Assembly: GCF_036321535.1 (NCBI RefSeq)
Contig: NC_087436.1
Coordinates: 7,998,001-8,062,000 of the forward strand
Direction of reading: 5' to 3'
DNA from: Camelus dromedarius
Lineage: Eukaryota
DNA length: 64,000 nucleotides
The position numbers were made by a program, and so were the translations under genes. Within the stretch, counting starts at the first letter, position 1; each line of letters begins with the position of its first letter. Below are positions 34,935 through 48,700 of the stretch, piece after piece. A model generated the notes under the pieces. The model was not told the DNA's origin and did not search any database. It saw only the letters and a program-made list of their open reading frames with translations.

Positions 34935-36888
34935 TTTATATTTCTTCTTCATTTTTGGAGGGCAATTTCTGTGAACATAGTATTCTTGGTTGCTTTGCAG
35001 TTTTCTTTTTTTTTTTTTTCTTTCAGTACTTTGAATGTATAGTCTCACTTCTTTCTTCCTGCAAGGTTTCCACTGAAAAATCCACTGACAGTCTTATAGG
35101 GGATTCTTTATTCTTGATGAGTTGTTTTCTCTTGCTGCTTTCAAATTTTTCTCTTTGTTTTGGGCTTTTGATTATTTGGTTACATGTGACTCAATGTGTT
35201 TGTTAGGTTCACCACAGTTGAGCTCTACTGGGCTTCTTGAATCTGGACGTTCATTTCCTTCCCTAGATTTAGGAAGATTTCAGTCGTTATTTATTCAGTT
35301 AAGCTTTCTGTTCCTTACTCTCTCTCCCCTCCTTCTGGGACTTCTGTAATGTGTATATTGATTGTCTTACTGGTATCCCACAGGTCCCTTTGGTTCTCTT
35401 CACTCCTCTTTTTCTTTCTTTTTTTTTTTCTTTTTGTTCCTCTGATTGCATAATTTCAAGTGGTCTATCTTTAAATTTCTCTTCTTTTGATCAAGTCTAC
35501 TGTTTAATCCCTCTAGTGAATTTTTCAATTCAGTTACTAATTACCAACCCAACAATTTCTGTTTGGTTCTTTTTCATATTTTATCTATTTGTTGATATTC
35601 TCATTTTTATGCATCATTTTTCTAAGTTCTTTGAGCATCATTATGACAGTTATTTTTAATTATTTGTCAGGTAATGCATATATCTCTGTTTCTTTGTGGT
35701 CAAATTCTGGAGATTTATTTTCGTTCTTTAGATGGGCCATAGTTCTCTGTGTGCCCTGTTACTTTGTGTTGGGGTCTACACACTTGCAAAAAACAGTCAC
35801 AGCTTCCGGTGTTTACTGACATTTTTTTTAAACAGGAAATCTATTCACCAGTTGATTCAGCTAGAAATGTGGGGGAACCCCTCAACCTTTTCTGTGTATT
35901 CATCTTTCCTGGAGTTTTGCATGTGAATTCCTAATTAGAAATGATTTACTGGTTCCCTTTTTTCAGTACCCTGTAGCTCCTGCCCTCTCTGATGTCTGTC
36001 AGCAGACCCCAGGTGTCTAGAACATGCAGGGACCCATCAGTGCTCTGAGCCTGGTGAGACAAAAAACAGTCCCTTGGGCAGTCACCATAAAGCTGGAATG
36101 ATGGATCCACACTCCACCCTTCCCTGTCCTCTCTAAGGGAGAAACCATCAACCTGTTTCAGCCTCTAGCTGCTGTATGGTGGGTCCTTTGGGGCAGCAGT
36201 AAGTGGTCCAGCTATGGTTGTTTTTGTTGTTCTTGAAGGTCCTATAGCACTTAGAGTATGTTAGATCCTGTCAGCACTCTAAGCCAGAAGAACCAGAAGC
36301 CAACCCCTTGGTAGCCCTCCATGAAGCTAGAGTGTCAGGTGCAGGCACATTTCATTCAAGAGAGAGAGCCTGGAGCTTTCTCCCTTGGGCTCTGGGCTGA
36401 GCTAGGGGAGGGGCAGTGGTGAGCCAGTGCATGAGCAATGGGTTCACCCAGTTCAAGCTGTCACCCTTTTTCTCAGTGACCCCCAACCTGGCACTCTATC
36501 CTGTGAGCACTTCTATTGAAGCAAGACAGAAACCAGTCCCTTGGGTAGCCTTCTGAAAAGTCTGAATGTTAGACTTGGTTTCAGACTACTCTTTCTACAC
36601 CCCACGACCCAAGAAGAAGCTGAGAGTTGGGAGTTTCCTTCCGACTGTGTTGGCACTGAGCCAGGTGGAGGGGCTCTGGCAAGTTTTATTGCCTTGGATT
36701 TTCCTGCTGTCTTTGATGCAGCTGGTTTCATGCTCCCCTGAGGTGCAAGATACTCTTAACTTTTCAATAGATTTCTCACAAAGGGTTTGGGTCTACGTGT
36801 TGTTGAATGAGCTGAATCATAGAGTTTAATCTCCATGGTTGAAGGAGTGTGAGGCTTCCTGTTCAGCCATCTTTCTGGCATCACCCCC
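34935..36888 (-). mobile_element. Old L1 5' portion (5'UTR and degenerate ORF1)
   Basis: 5' terminus on minus GGGGTGATGCCAGAAAGATGGCTGAACAGGAAG (YY1-like AAGATGGC); ORF1-type TTTCCACTGAAAAATCCACTGA..CTTGAATCTGGA..TTTCCTTCCCTAGATTTAGG. Confidence 0.8.
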
Positions 36889-38311
36889 AATTAATGGCTA
36901 GTATTGAGTCATATTTTACCTGATATATTTTCTTGTGGTTAATACAATTTGGAGGAAAATACAGCCTGCATCTGTAGCAATGTGGAAAAGAGAGATGACT
37001 AGTTAATAAGAGAATAAGTAAGAGAAAGAAAAAGAGAAGGAAAGAGAAAGAATCTGGTTAAACAAGTCTACTTGCTTATACTTCCAGCATCCAAGGCAAG
37101 GGGTTTAGAAGCAGGCAGTTTTTAGTTCCAGACAATAACTGGAGGGCACATCATGGCCCTGTGAAGTTGGCAAGAAGTTAAACTTTTATTTATGAGCACA
37201 AACACATCATGTGTTCCAAGATATGTCATGCCATGAACTTGTTTTAAAACAGAAAGATTAAGAGCAAATCCTTAACTGGTGGATCAAAACCTAAAATTAT
37301 ATAATATATTTACTGATCAGGAATATTTCAATAAATGGTTATGGAAAGCCTACAATTTAACATGTTTATTATATCTGAAGTTAAGAGTAACTGTCAGGCT
37401 GTATCATTACTATGATCAACATAAATTTTATGCTTAATTTTCAGGCTGAAATGTAAAATTTTAGAAGTTTATTTAACCAAAAATAGATGAGTAAATGCAG
37501 TGGATACATCAAGAAGTTACAAATAATAAAATGAAGTAATAATAGTAAAATTATTGAGAAATGGAAGATCCTTCCATATATTCTGATACCTTCACAGAAG
37601 TTAAGACTCTCAAAGTCATGGTGCTGTTACTTGAAAATAAAATATAATGAGATTAACCTTTATCTTCTAGAAGAGACTGTCTGGTAAAAAGCAGAGATTT
37701 CAGTTGAATTTTGGACTGCTTGGTCCTGACTTTTACTTATTGTGATCTGGAAGGCAAGATGGGGCACAAGGGAATTAAAATTATATTCTACTTTAACTTC
37801 ATCTGACTATTTGCTGCACAACTAAGATTGCTAAACCTGATGAGATCTATGTCAAAGTTAGGGTAGATTTTAGTAGTGAGTCACAAGGTGGTCTATAAAT
37901 CAACTACATCTGTGATGAGAATCCCAGGGATTATTATTTTAAAATGTGGTAATCTGAGTCTTTCTCCAAAGACTTCTAAATTGTGGGTTGTACTGGAAGA
38001 AGCAGGGAGAGGGGTGCTACAAAATTTCACACCAAAAAGTCCCCTAGATGACAACCTACATTTACAGGTGAAATGAAGTAGTTTGTGGCATCCAATATTC
38101 CAGTCAATAATAATTAAGAATACTCAATAGAGTATATGTTGGCTTTAAGTTATCTGAAAGGGCTGTCATTGGGACTGTAACTGCTATAAGATTAGAGAAG
38201 GGAGAACCTCATGGAGGGGATCACATTTTTGAAGCTATTTTCCCCTGGGGGCATTTGCTGATTTGGATGCTGGCAAGGAACTGAGGATCTAAGCACAGAA
38301 TTATACATACA

Positions 38312-38448
38312 GGAGGGGAGGGTATAGCTCAAGTGATAGATGTATGCTTAGCATGCAGAAGGTCTTGGGTTCCAATCCCCAGTAACTCCTCTAAAGGTAA
38401 ATAAATAAATAAACCTAGTTTCCTGCCCTCCCCCTACAAAATATAAAA
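38312..38448 (+). mobile_element. Camelid-type tRNA-derived SINE (vic-1-like)
   Basis: GGGGAGGGTATAGCTCAAGTGATAGA..GCTTAGCATGCA..GGGTTCCAATCCCCAGTA..(TAAA)n..CCCCC tail; diverged TSD. Confidence 0.88.
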
Positions 38449-38659
38449 ACTATATATATAGAAGCTGGGGAGACAGAGGGATATGCTGAGTTCTGCACAA
38501 AAAAATGTGAGAGCCTCTAGGATATAACTACTTTTTTTGTCAGTACGGTTGCTGAATTCAGGCAAAGAAAGCAGCCTAAAGTTGACTTAGCAAAGTCTCT
38601 AATCTTATCAAATGTTCAGAAACCATATTACCTGCCTAAAAGAAGAGTCAGCCAATGAG

Positions 38660-39500
38660 GGAGATAATATCATTTGAGCCTCCATAACTTTTATATACAG
38701 TGGCTTCCATGTAATAGAATCACCAGGCTTGCCAAAAGACAGAGAAATCTAATTTTTTTTTGAATCAAGAGTATAAACAGACAGTATAAAGAAATTTGCA
38801 AGAAATTCACCAGACATTCATGTAAGCTAATTAGGACTATAACAACTGTGAGTAATATAATCTAAATATATAGAAAAGGTAGAGAAAATAGGAGAAAAAA
38901 ATGAAGAAAGTTAGATACTTGGAGAATTATGATCTACAAACATTTGATAATTGAATAATGCTTTACAAAATTGGAATCTACAAAAATGCTTAACAGAAAT
39001 TCTAGACATTATAAGTACAATATATAAAATTAAGGTTCTATTAAAATGGTTTAAAAACACTTAGCCACTATATATAAAAATAGATAAAAAATTCTTCTGT
39101 AGAGCACAGGGAACTATATTCAATATCTTGTAAGAACCTTTAATGAAAAAGAGTATGAAAACGAATATATGTGTGTATATGCATAACTGGGGGCCTTGTG
39201 CTGTACACCAGAAATTGACACATTGTAACTGACTATGCTTCAATAAAAATTTTAAAAATAGAAAAAAATTAAAAAGCAGAAGCATTCTAGAGATAATAAA
39301 CATCATAATGATAAAAGAACCAATCCTCTATGAAGGAATCGCTATTATAAATCTGCAAGCATAATCTATGTAAAGTAAAACTTGGCAGAATTTAAAAGAT
39401 AGCGGTACGACCTGACACACTTGTCTTCATAGCTAAATGAACAACCAGAAAATGCATCAGTAAGAATACAGTGCATTTGAAGAACATAATTAACCAACTT
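38660..39500 (+). mobile_element. Old L1 ORF1/ORF2 remnants
   Basis: A-rich degenerate L1; CATAATGATAAAAG..TATTATAAATCTG..AACATAATTAACCAACTT EN motifs. Confidence 0.5.
39062..39275 (+). mobile_element. Artiodactyl/camelid L1 3' end
   Basis: CTGTAGAGCACAGGGAACTATATTCAATATCTTGTAA..CTGTACACCAGAAATTGACAC..CAATAAAAA. Confidence 0.9.
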
Positions 39501-39509
39501 CCCCTACTT

Positions 39510-40157
39510 GCCTAAGTGGAACACACCACAAATCAATTTTGAAAATGACTTGGCTGTAATAACTCCAGCTCCATGTCTGCATAGCCGGGGACCTCGCTCC
39601 TCCACTCCTAGGAAGACACTCTGCAGAATATGTATATTTTTTCACCAAAGACATGCCCTGGGATGTTCACTGATTTGTAATAGCGAGTACCTGGAAACTC
39701 CCCAGGAATAGAATGGATAAATGATTGTAATCTATATTTTCCCAGTTGATTACCTGGTAGAGAAAATAAAGGAACTGTGGCCACTCAGCCATTTGGATAA
39801 CTTGAAAATAGGATGTTGAGGGAAAGAAGCCAGATTCTGAAGTGTATCTACTGTATGATTTCACAGATATAAAGATGAAAAACCTGGAAGAACCAATCTC
39901 TGCTCTCAGAGGTCCACAGAGCTGTTATCCTTTAGCAGGAGATGCTCAAAGGGCCCCGTGGGGACCACGGTTGTACTAGTAATAGGAGTGCTATTCTTGA
40001 CCTGCACACTGGCTGCAAATGTGGAAAAAGGGTGATGAACCCTTGATAGGTACAATTTTCTGCATGGGTGTTATACTTCAATACGCTATTTCAAATCCTA
40101 CACCAGAAATTGACACGTTATAAACTGACTATAATTCAATAAAAATATACTTAAAAT
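39510..40157 (+). mobile_element. Old L1ME-type 3' end followed by a ~60-bp younger L1 tail (40099-40157)
   Basis: AATAGCGAGTACCTGGAAAC..GAATGGATAAATGATTG..TACTGTATGATTTCA..TTATACTTCAATA; then TACACCAGAAATTGACAC..AATAAAAA. Confidence 0.7.
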
Positions 40158-40904
40158 ATGACAAAATCTAGAAAGTTAATGGAATTGCCGCTGGTTTGCC
40201 GAGCCCTCTCCTCCCTGCCAGCTTCAGCTGGAAATAACTTACTCGATCTTTATCCCATCATGTCCCTGGATGCTGATTCCAGGTGCTGGTGGGTGACTCA
40301 GAGCCTCACATTGTGTCTTTATGGGAACCTTGGACATTAAGGCAAGAGCTTCTGTATGGGGTGACTAGCTGTGCATTATGGAGAGGGAACTCACCTGAAA
40401 ATAGGAACAGGGGCAGAAGGAGTATTGAGTGAAGAGGTTCAGACCCAAACATATTTGTGCCAGATTGCTCAATTTCAGTTTGGTTATACTGGGGCTGTAT
40501 TTCTCCGAATCCCCTTCTGAATATAGCACTGGGTTAGAGTTCACTTAAGATGAAGTTGAGCAAGATTTAGGAGGTGGAAGGAAGCAGCAAAAATTCTGCT
40601 TTATCTGTTAGGGGTGGTGAGAGACAGATCCTCAGAGCACAAGGAAGCAGTAACTGTGAAGAGCTACTAGCTTTCTTTTCCCTGGTTTCTGGGCAATAAC
40701 TACTCTGGCTGGACATTGCTAAGCATCTGATTTACCGACAGTCTCCAGAAAAGCAGGCTTTGTTGCACCAGGGTGGAAGAATGTTACGTCATCAAAACAA
40801 ACTAATGCTACGGCATTCATTGATTAAACACTTAATTAATTTTTTTGTTTCATGAGATACTTTATATTTAGTGATAAATAATAGGTTTTTTTAAAAAGAT
40901 TTTA

Positions 40905-41206
40905 GGGGATTTTTAGGGCAGTGGAAATACTACATATGATACTCTATTTGTGGATGTATGTCATTATACATTTGTCCAAACCAGTAGAATAGACAACACC
41001 AAGATGGAACCTTAATGTCAACTATAGACTTAGGGTGAAAATGATGTGTCAGTGTATGTTCATCAGTTGTAACAAATGTACCACTCTGGTGGGGTATAAC
41101 GGAGAAGTCTACGCACATGTTGGGGCAGGGGGTACGTGAGAGATCTCTGTATCTTTCTCTCAATTTTGCTGTGAAACTAAAACTGCTTTAAAAAACAAAG
41201 TCTTCA
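40905..41206 (+). mobile_element. L1MC1/2-type 3' end
   Basis: GATTTTTAGGGCAGTGGAAATACT..CATTATACATTTGTCCAAACC..GTAACAAATGTACCACTCTGGTG..CAATTTTGCTGTGAA. Confidence 0.88.
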
Positions 41207-43287
41207 AAAGTAACTTTTGATAGTTTTAGAAATCAATCTTCTTTCTAAACCTAAGTAGTTCATCAAAAGTAACATGTTAAATATAAGGAGTTCTTAACCT
41301 TTTAACCATTACAAATTTCTCAAACACTTGCTCATTTAAAAAAAAAAAAGGAATGAATAAATATGAATTCTAATTCACATTTTGCAAAACAATTTCAAAA
41401 TTAATTTCATTTTGAGAAAACCTTTCCAAAGATGGTAACCAATTTAAAGTATTTCAAAATGTATATTGTGTAAAATACTAGAGGAGTATGCTTCTCTTCA
41501 GTTTTATCAATTACAAAATAGATTGTATTAAACCATTATTTGAACTGGTTATATAAATAAATGGATCCCTTAACTTTTTGCAATGTTCCTCTTTATATCT
41601 TTATACCAATGTAGCATCTGTGTCCCTTTCTGAAAATGTGGTCATGGAATATGACATTTACGTCAGGGCAATGGTTCTGTTCCATTTTATGGCTACAGCT
41701 CAGGTGTCAGAAGGTGAACATGAGAATCATAAAGCATTTCTCATCCAAAAAGGAAGGTCAAATTTATGATCCAATGTAAATCCTCAATCAATTGGAAATA
41801 CCAAGAAATACAGTCCTTACGTATAGGCCATTTTTTTTTTAAACTTAGATAGAAAAACAGGACTATGGTAAGATCAAAAGCCTTTGGGGAGAGTCTGTAT
41901 ACTTTACAACTTCTAATTTTGATAAAGATCACATGTGATCATTAACATTTTCATATTTTCTGAATCAGCCTATGACTCAATTTTCTCTTGTTATTGTACA
42001 CAATGATATAACTAATCATTTTCAACGTTTCAAGTCATTGAAATATTAACACACTTAGTTTTATTACCTCCCTTAAATTCCACTTGGATATGCAATATGT
42101 CAGGATAGTATTATTTCTCCAAATATTATGAAATTGACTTAGATATTGTGTTCCAGATTGAAATGAGGTTTCTCTTTGATATAATAAACCATTACTAAGT
42201 TTCTAAAAGAGGCAATATGTTGTAAGGTATAATGAGCTTTTCTAACTTTAATAACACATTGCCTTAGCATATTTTTATATCAGATGATCAAGGAAATATG
42301 TATAATTACTATCCAATGTGTTTTACACATGTGTCTTTAAAAAATATATCTTGGCTCGTTAACTTAAATGTTGAAAGAAGAAATCATATGTTGTTTTCTA
42401 AATTCATTTGTAGATCATTTAAAGAATACCCTAGTTCTGAAACACTGGAAAGAAAATAAGGTAAAATTTGGTGGTAAATATTTTCAAGATGACTTTGTGA
42501 TGGAGTACAAATTGCAATGGGTGGAGAGACTTAAAATCTGACAAATTCTGGGAATGGAGGTACACACAGCAAACAAAATATAGTCAAAGTGGCTTCCAAA
42601 CTCGCATGCTCTCCGGAATGCCAGAAGCACTGTTTATTTCTTCCTTTTTCCCTTTATTGAACACTGTCTCCAGATGATGTTGTCCGTGGTATAAATTAGA
42701 CAGACAGTTTATTGAATCTGTCTTTCGTCCATCTTCTATAACACACAAGGCATCACTTTCAAGGTGTCACTTCAGAGGAATAAAGGCAGACTAAAGCAAT
42801 ATTTTAAGTCTGGGTAAAATATGGTTTGGAAAACTGCCAGTGCAATATTATTGGAAGAGCTCAGCAAGATCCACAGCACACTGGATGCGATTTTCATGCT
42901 GAATATCGGGTCAATTTCTTGATTTGCATAAAATCCTGGGGAATAGATACGTATCACTCAGGAAAAAAAATGGGGGCTTCAGCATAAATTTATTCCATTC
43001 AGTTTATGTTTCACCCTTACTAACATCATTATCTCCAAATTATGGTGCATGCAGACCTTTGAATTTTTGCTACATCGTGGCACCAGAAGAGAGACACACA
43101 ATGGTGAGACTGGAGTAATTTCCTCATGTTGCATATTTGATAATTATTACAAGTTAGGCTATATACACTCTACATTTATAAGAAGAGTTTTAAAGTTAAC
43201 CTTAGAAGAAATGGGATGAACTACTTTCATATCCAGTCATAGCAGGTGACACTTCCATAGAGACAGAGACTGCAGTGAAAGTGACTA

Positions 43288-43810
43288 TGTTACCCCCAAA
43301 AGTAAAGACCCCAGTTCTTGTCACACCTGAAAGATAAGTTTGCAGTCAGGAGATGGTGCGTTGTGTAGCAAAAAACTTTTAAAGATTTATTTAAAAAAAA
43401 AGAAAAGTGCACCTCCAAGAATGAGAGGTGGGCTGATCCAAGGGAGGAAAAGTGACTGTTTTTGTCTCCTCCTTCTCTTATACCCTCACTTAGAGATGGT
43501 CTCTTGATTGATTGACAGCTCATGTCCCTCAGTCATGTTCGCCCCCCCCCCTTTGCACATGTCTTTAAGGCATACAGAGCAGCCCATGGGGGCCTAAACC
43601 GCAGTGCTAATTATAATACAATGAGCACTGGGTCATGTCTGGTTAAGTCCTTTCTGCTACTGTACAGTCGTGGCTGTCAGGTTCTAACGAGTTCCTTGCT
43701 GGCACTCATTTAGAAGAAGTAATGCCCCTTTGTGCTGGAGGCAGCCACAATGCCATCTTCTGGACCCTCCTCACCCTCCTCCCTCTCCTCCCGCTTTCCC
43801 TTCCTCCAAT
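43288..43810 (-). mobile_element. ERV solo LTR
   Basis: TGTTAC start, TTTATT at ~43386, GC-richer block with a core shared with 5804-6114; right boundary uncertain. Confidence 0.7.
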
Positions 43811-44249
43811 GTGAAAGGTTACCACTGGTTATGCATATTGGAATTTCATGAGGTTATAGGAAAAAGTCAGCCAAATATTGTATTGACTGTATTGTAATCA
43901 GTCAATACAATAGAAGAAAAGAAAAACTAACATACTGGCATTATAAAGAACAATAAAAGAAGAATAAACATCAAGGTTGAGAATCATAGAAATGCAAACG
44001 GAGTTTCTAGCAAAATGTCAAGATATTCAGGATTAATGATAATTCAGGTCTTCAAAAAGGACATTTGTTTGCCAAAAACACATTAATAAACACACGACAA
44101 CAATTTTATTACAAAGAAATACTAGTATAATTATTTAAAAGGCCAAAATATGCCCCTTCAAAGCAAATCCCTGAATACAAACAAATGCTATCCCAACTTT
44201 ATACCCACTTCATATCAAATTTATATAAAAACAAGGAAAATAATTCATA

Positions 44250-44880
44250 TAACTTTGATGGCTGTATTTTGATTGTACATGTTTAATGGAACGTATTCCA
44301 AGGGCAACAAAACACACAAAACAATCTTAGACTTTATTAGTAATCTTGTTGTCTGGATGGTATTTATTTTGTCATCCTGAAACCATTTCCTCTGTACTAT
44401 GTAAAAGTGTGAAATGGACAAATATATTGATATTGTTGGAAGCCATAATTTTTGCTGAGAAAGAGAAAAGGTTGAAGTATTGTATCTGAAGTAGAAGTAT
44501 CATTATGAGATATGTATCTATATATCTATATAGATATATATGTCATGCTCTAAAATTAATGGGGTTATGCCAAAAAGAAAAGAAGCCAGTTTGAAATAAC
44601 TAATACTACCCTAAGTTTGGGCATTATGAGTAATAATAATCATAATGTTAACATTTTTAATAATGGTTTTAAAAAACCTATCATTCTATACTTATACTCA
44701 ATAAAAGCGGAAGGAGGAGAGGAAGAGAAAAGTTCTTCTTTAAAAAAAAGTCAATTAATACATATATAAGGACTAATAAAATGAGAAAGCCCAATGTAAA
44801 TACTTGTTTAAACAATGGTCACCAACAGATGTTAAAACCACGGGGTGAAGGATTGCTGGTGGAACGTGATTTGTCAGCCT
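44250..44880 (+). mobile_element. Old L1MC/MD 3'UTR remnant
   Basis: GGGGTTATGCCAAAAAG..AGCCAGTTTGAA..AACAATGGTCACCAACAGATGTTAAAACCA. Confidence 0.5.
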
Positions 44881-45059
44881 TAAATTTTTCTGTCCATCTC
44901 TAAGGATGGTTGTGGGATTATGTTTGTTGCATAATTCCTGGAGCTCTGTTCTACAAAATTGTTGAACAGCTTAGAGGTGGTCAGAAATGGTAGCCTTCAT
45001 AATGAGCAGTAGTTAGAATGGATGTATTTCAACAGATTTCAATTTACAGGTTCATCTGT

Positions 45060-45520
45060 ATACTTACTCAAGTTAATTTGATATTTATTGAATGTCTGCT
45101 TGCATTCCAGGCATAGTACCTAGTTTGGGAACATACAGATTAACTAGACGCACGTCCAGATCTTAAATTGCTCAGGTCTAGGGCAGGAACCTCCACTCTT
45201 CACGTATAAACAGCTACGAGTATCAGGGAAGCACAGAGCTGGATATCTTTTGTGAGCATGGGGGAAAAATCAAAGAGGTTTCTTTTAAAAAACAGAAGCT
45301 GAACTGAACTATAAAAGATGAATAAAATGGGCTAATTAAGAGGAAGAAGTACAGGTACAGACATTGAAGATATCGCATGAAGAAAACAGCGTTCTGTACT
45401 GCTAAAAAATATAAATGGCCTGGTGTAGGCATAATATGCAGTCTTGTCTACCAAATGGTCAAAGTTGAGGCTGCATAGGGGAGCTATGACCATGTAAAAA
45501 AGGCTCCAAGTTTATCCTAA
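45060..45520 (-). mobile_element. L2 3' fragment
   Basis: ATATTTATTGAATGTCTGCTTGCATTCCAGGCA..GAAGCTGAACTGAAC. Confidence 0.6.
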
Positions 45521-45529
45521 GGAATTTGC

Positions 45530-45567
45530 TGTGTGTGTGTGTGTGTGTGTATGTGTGTGTGTGTGTT
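45530..45567. repeat. (TG)n microsatellite
   Basis: Seen directly. Confidence 0.95.
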
Positions 45568-45599
45568 TACACTAGGTTTTAATCTCTAGGTTTTAGGGG

Positions 45600-45686
45600 C
45601 ATAGAATTGGATTATTCTTCATCTAATTCACAATATTATTTTATTATTGGTCAATAGATGGTTGACTTCCATGCATAGAATATATT

Positions 45687-45717
<31 letters not shown>

Positions 45718-48700
45718 GTTTTCTTTTAAGAACATATCTGTATACAGCTCATCCAACATAAAAAATAAAATAATGACAATAATTAACTTCCTCCTATGTG
45801 GTACTTTCCTCCACCCAAAATAGCCATTCTCTTAATCTTGTCTTTATCATTATCTCTGGTAAAAATTCAGTTTGGTCACATTTCAAGGTGTTCCTATTGA
45901 GCACATGGTCTCAGGTAGTTTGATTTTATGAAAATAGTATCATACTTTATGCACTCTTTGGTGATTTTTAAACCAAATATTACAGTAATAAGGTTCATCT
46001 ATGTTGTCATAACTAGCTGTAGTTCACTTACTCTGACCACTGTGTGATACTCCATTGTTTGAAAATCCTATATTTGAGTAATCCATTTTCCTGTTGATGG
46101 GCACATTTTTGCTATTCTGAACAGCACTTCTGTTAACACCCTTGCATATTATCTTATAATGTATTTGTATTTCTTTTGTATGCACTTAGGAGTGAAATTC
46201 ATGGATAGTAAGGGGTAAAATTTATAAGAAGATGTCAAATTATTTTTCAGAATGATTGTACAAAATGGCTACATAGAATATCTGCAAAGTTCCAACAGTT
46301 TATAGGAGACTGTGATGAATCATTCTTTCAAGCACCTGGCGCTGTCATACTTCTTGATTTTTGCTATTTGAAAATACGTAAACAAGAATCTAATTCTGGC
46401 TTCAATTTACATTTGTCTGATCATAAATATGATTGAATATCCTTCCATGTCTTCACTAACCATATGTATTACCTCTTCTGTGAAGTACTTTCTCAAGTAT
46501 CTTTTCGTTTTTCATATTGGGTTGTCTGTCATTTTCATATTGATTTGTAGGAATTCTTTATATTTTTTATTCATTATATGTGTTGCAAATATCTTCCTCT
46601 AGTTTGTAAGTTGCATTTTAAATTTCTATAAAGTGGTTTTTGATTTAAAGGCTTTTACATTTTAATGTAACCCTTTTTGTCAATCTTTTGCTTTCTAAGT
46701 GGCAATTTTTGCGTTATTTAAAAATACCTCCAGTTCCCAAGCTCAGAAATAGAACCCATTAAAATTTATATTAAATTTTCAAAAACACTACTTTGATATT
46801 TAACTTATTTCATATGGATTTGACTTTGGTTAATGTGTGATAAAGGAATCCAATTTAATTTATTTCATGTCAATAATTATTTTCCTGCTCGACTTGATTT
46901 TTTAAAATTTCCTATTTTTCTCACTGATCTTCCAAGCTAACTTATCATATTTCAAGAATTATAAAAACTGTCTCTGTTTGGCTCTCAGTTATATTCTATG
47001 AGTAGAATTATTCAATCCTGTCTATTATTATATTATATTTTAATTATATACTACATCTATTACTATAGTTTTATAAAATTTGATGTTCTAGAATGCAAAT
47101 CCTCTCTTTTCTGTTCAAATATGTCTTGGTTATTCTTGTGTTATTTCTCTTTCATATAAATGTTTGAAATATCTTATCAAGTGTTATAAAAACTCTGTTA
47201 GCATTTTACTTTGAATTTCACTCAATCAAAAGTTTTGTGAAAAATTTATTTTTTTGCAATATTTATTTTCCATTCATAAACATTGAATTTCTCCTTATTT
47301 AAGTATCTTTCAATGTTTTCCTCCAAAAGTTGAATAATCCCTTACATAGAGTCATTGAGAATTTCTTGTTATATATATTTCAAAATAATTTATGTTTTTG
47401 TTGTTGTTGTAAATAATATTATTTTTCTATTAGTTTATTTCAGAGGTGTAGACTTGCAACTGACATTTCTACTAAGTCATATATTCATAGTGCAAAGTTT
47501 CCTATTTATATTTTAATATTATAAATAGGAAACATATTTCCTATTATTTACATTTTCTTTAGCTTAATAATGTATACTGTCAAATTTTTTTTGCAAATAA
47601 TGACATTTAATTTCCTCTTAATATTTTTGCTTTAAAATTTATTTTTTCCTGAATAGGTCCTTCAATAGGAAGTGAAGAAGTGATAATATAATCATCCTTG
47701 ATTTTTTACTCATCTTAAAAGAATAAACATGATTATGTCATTTTAAAAATTATATCACACTAAAAAATGCCCTTTTATTCCAACTTAACTGAGAGATTTT
47801 CTTATAAATAATCAACTTATATTTCTTTTTGTCAAATATATTTTTCTGTAATTATCAAATTTTTTTCTCTATAATCTCTATATGTGAATTTCATTGTAAA
47901 TAACTTAAATAATAAACCAGCCTTATCTTCCAGAGATAAATAGACATTGTGTTTCCTATTTTATATAATATTGAATTCCACTTGCTACAATTATAAGAAA
48001 TTTTCCTGAGTTAAATGACCTTATATTAGTTCTGCTTTTTATAAAAACTTACTAGCTTGATAACAGGATTGTGCTCCTGCCCAACTTATGAAAATAGTTT
48101 GTCTATCCAATTATTTAAGACTTCTGTTATTCCTTTCACCAATGTTCCGTAGTTTTCAGTCTAAGGATCATGCACATACCATGTTAAATATATCCCTGAG
48201 TGTTTCATGTTGTTGATGCTATTTTGAACACCTATCTTACAGTTTTGATTTCAAATTGTTTATTGGTTTCTTTTATTGAAGCACAGTCAGTTACAGTGTG
48301 TCAATTTCTGCTGTACAGCACAATGCCCCAGTCATGAATATACATGCACATATTCATTTTCATATTCTTCAAGTTGTTTATTGTTAATATATAGAAAGAA
48401 AACAAATTTTTAAATATTGACACTAAACTTCAGAGAAGTAGTTTTTTATGGTAGATTATTTAGAATTTACTTTGAATACAATCATGTCATCTATAAATAT
48501 GATCTGTATGTCTTCGGTGTCTTCCAGTCTAATTTTGAGCGTAAGGGAGCAGATATCCTTGTCCTTTTTCTGATCTTGGAAGAAAATCACTTAGTGTTTC
48601 AGCAATATGTATAATGCTAGCTATAAGATTTTTATCGAGGATTGTTACCTTTTTGAGGAAGTTACTTTCCAGTCTCATGTTGAGAACTTATTATTTTATA

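Noticed and set aside
40230..40760. Possible ancient ERVL/MaLR LTR
   Set aside because: The composition is suggestive, but I could not match diagnostic motifs or termini with confidence.
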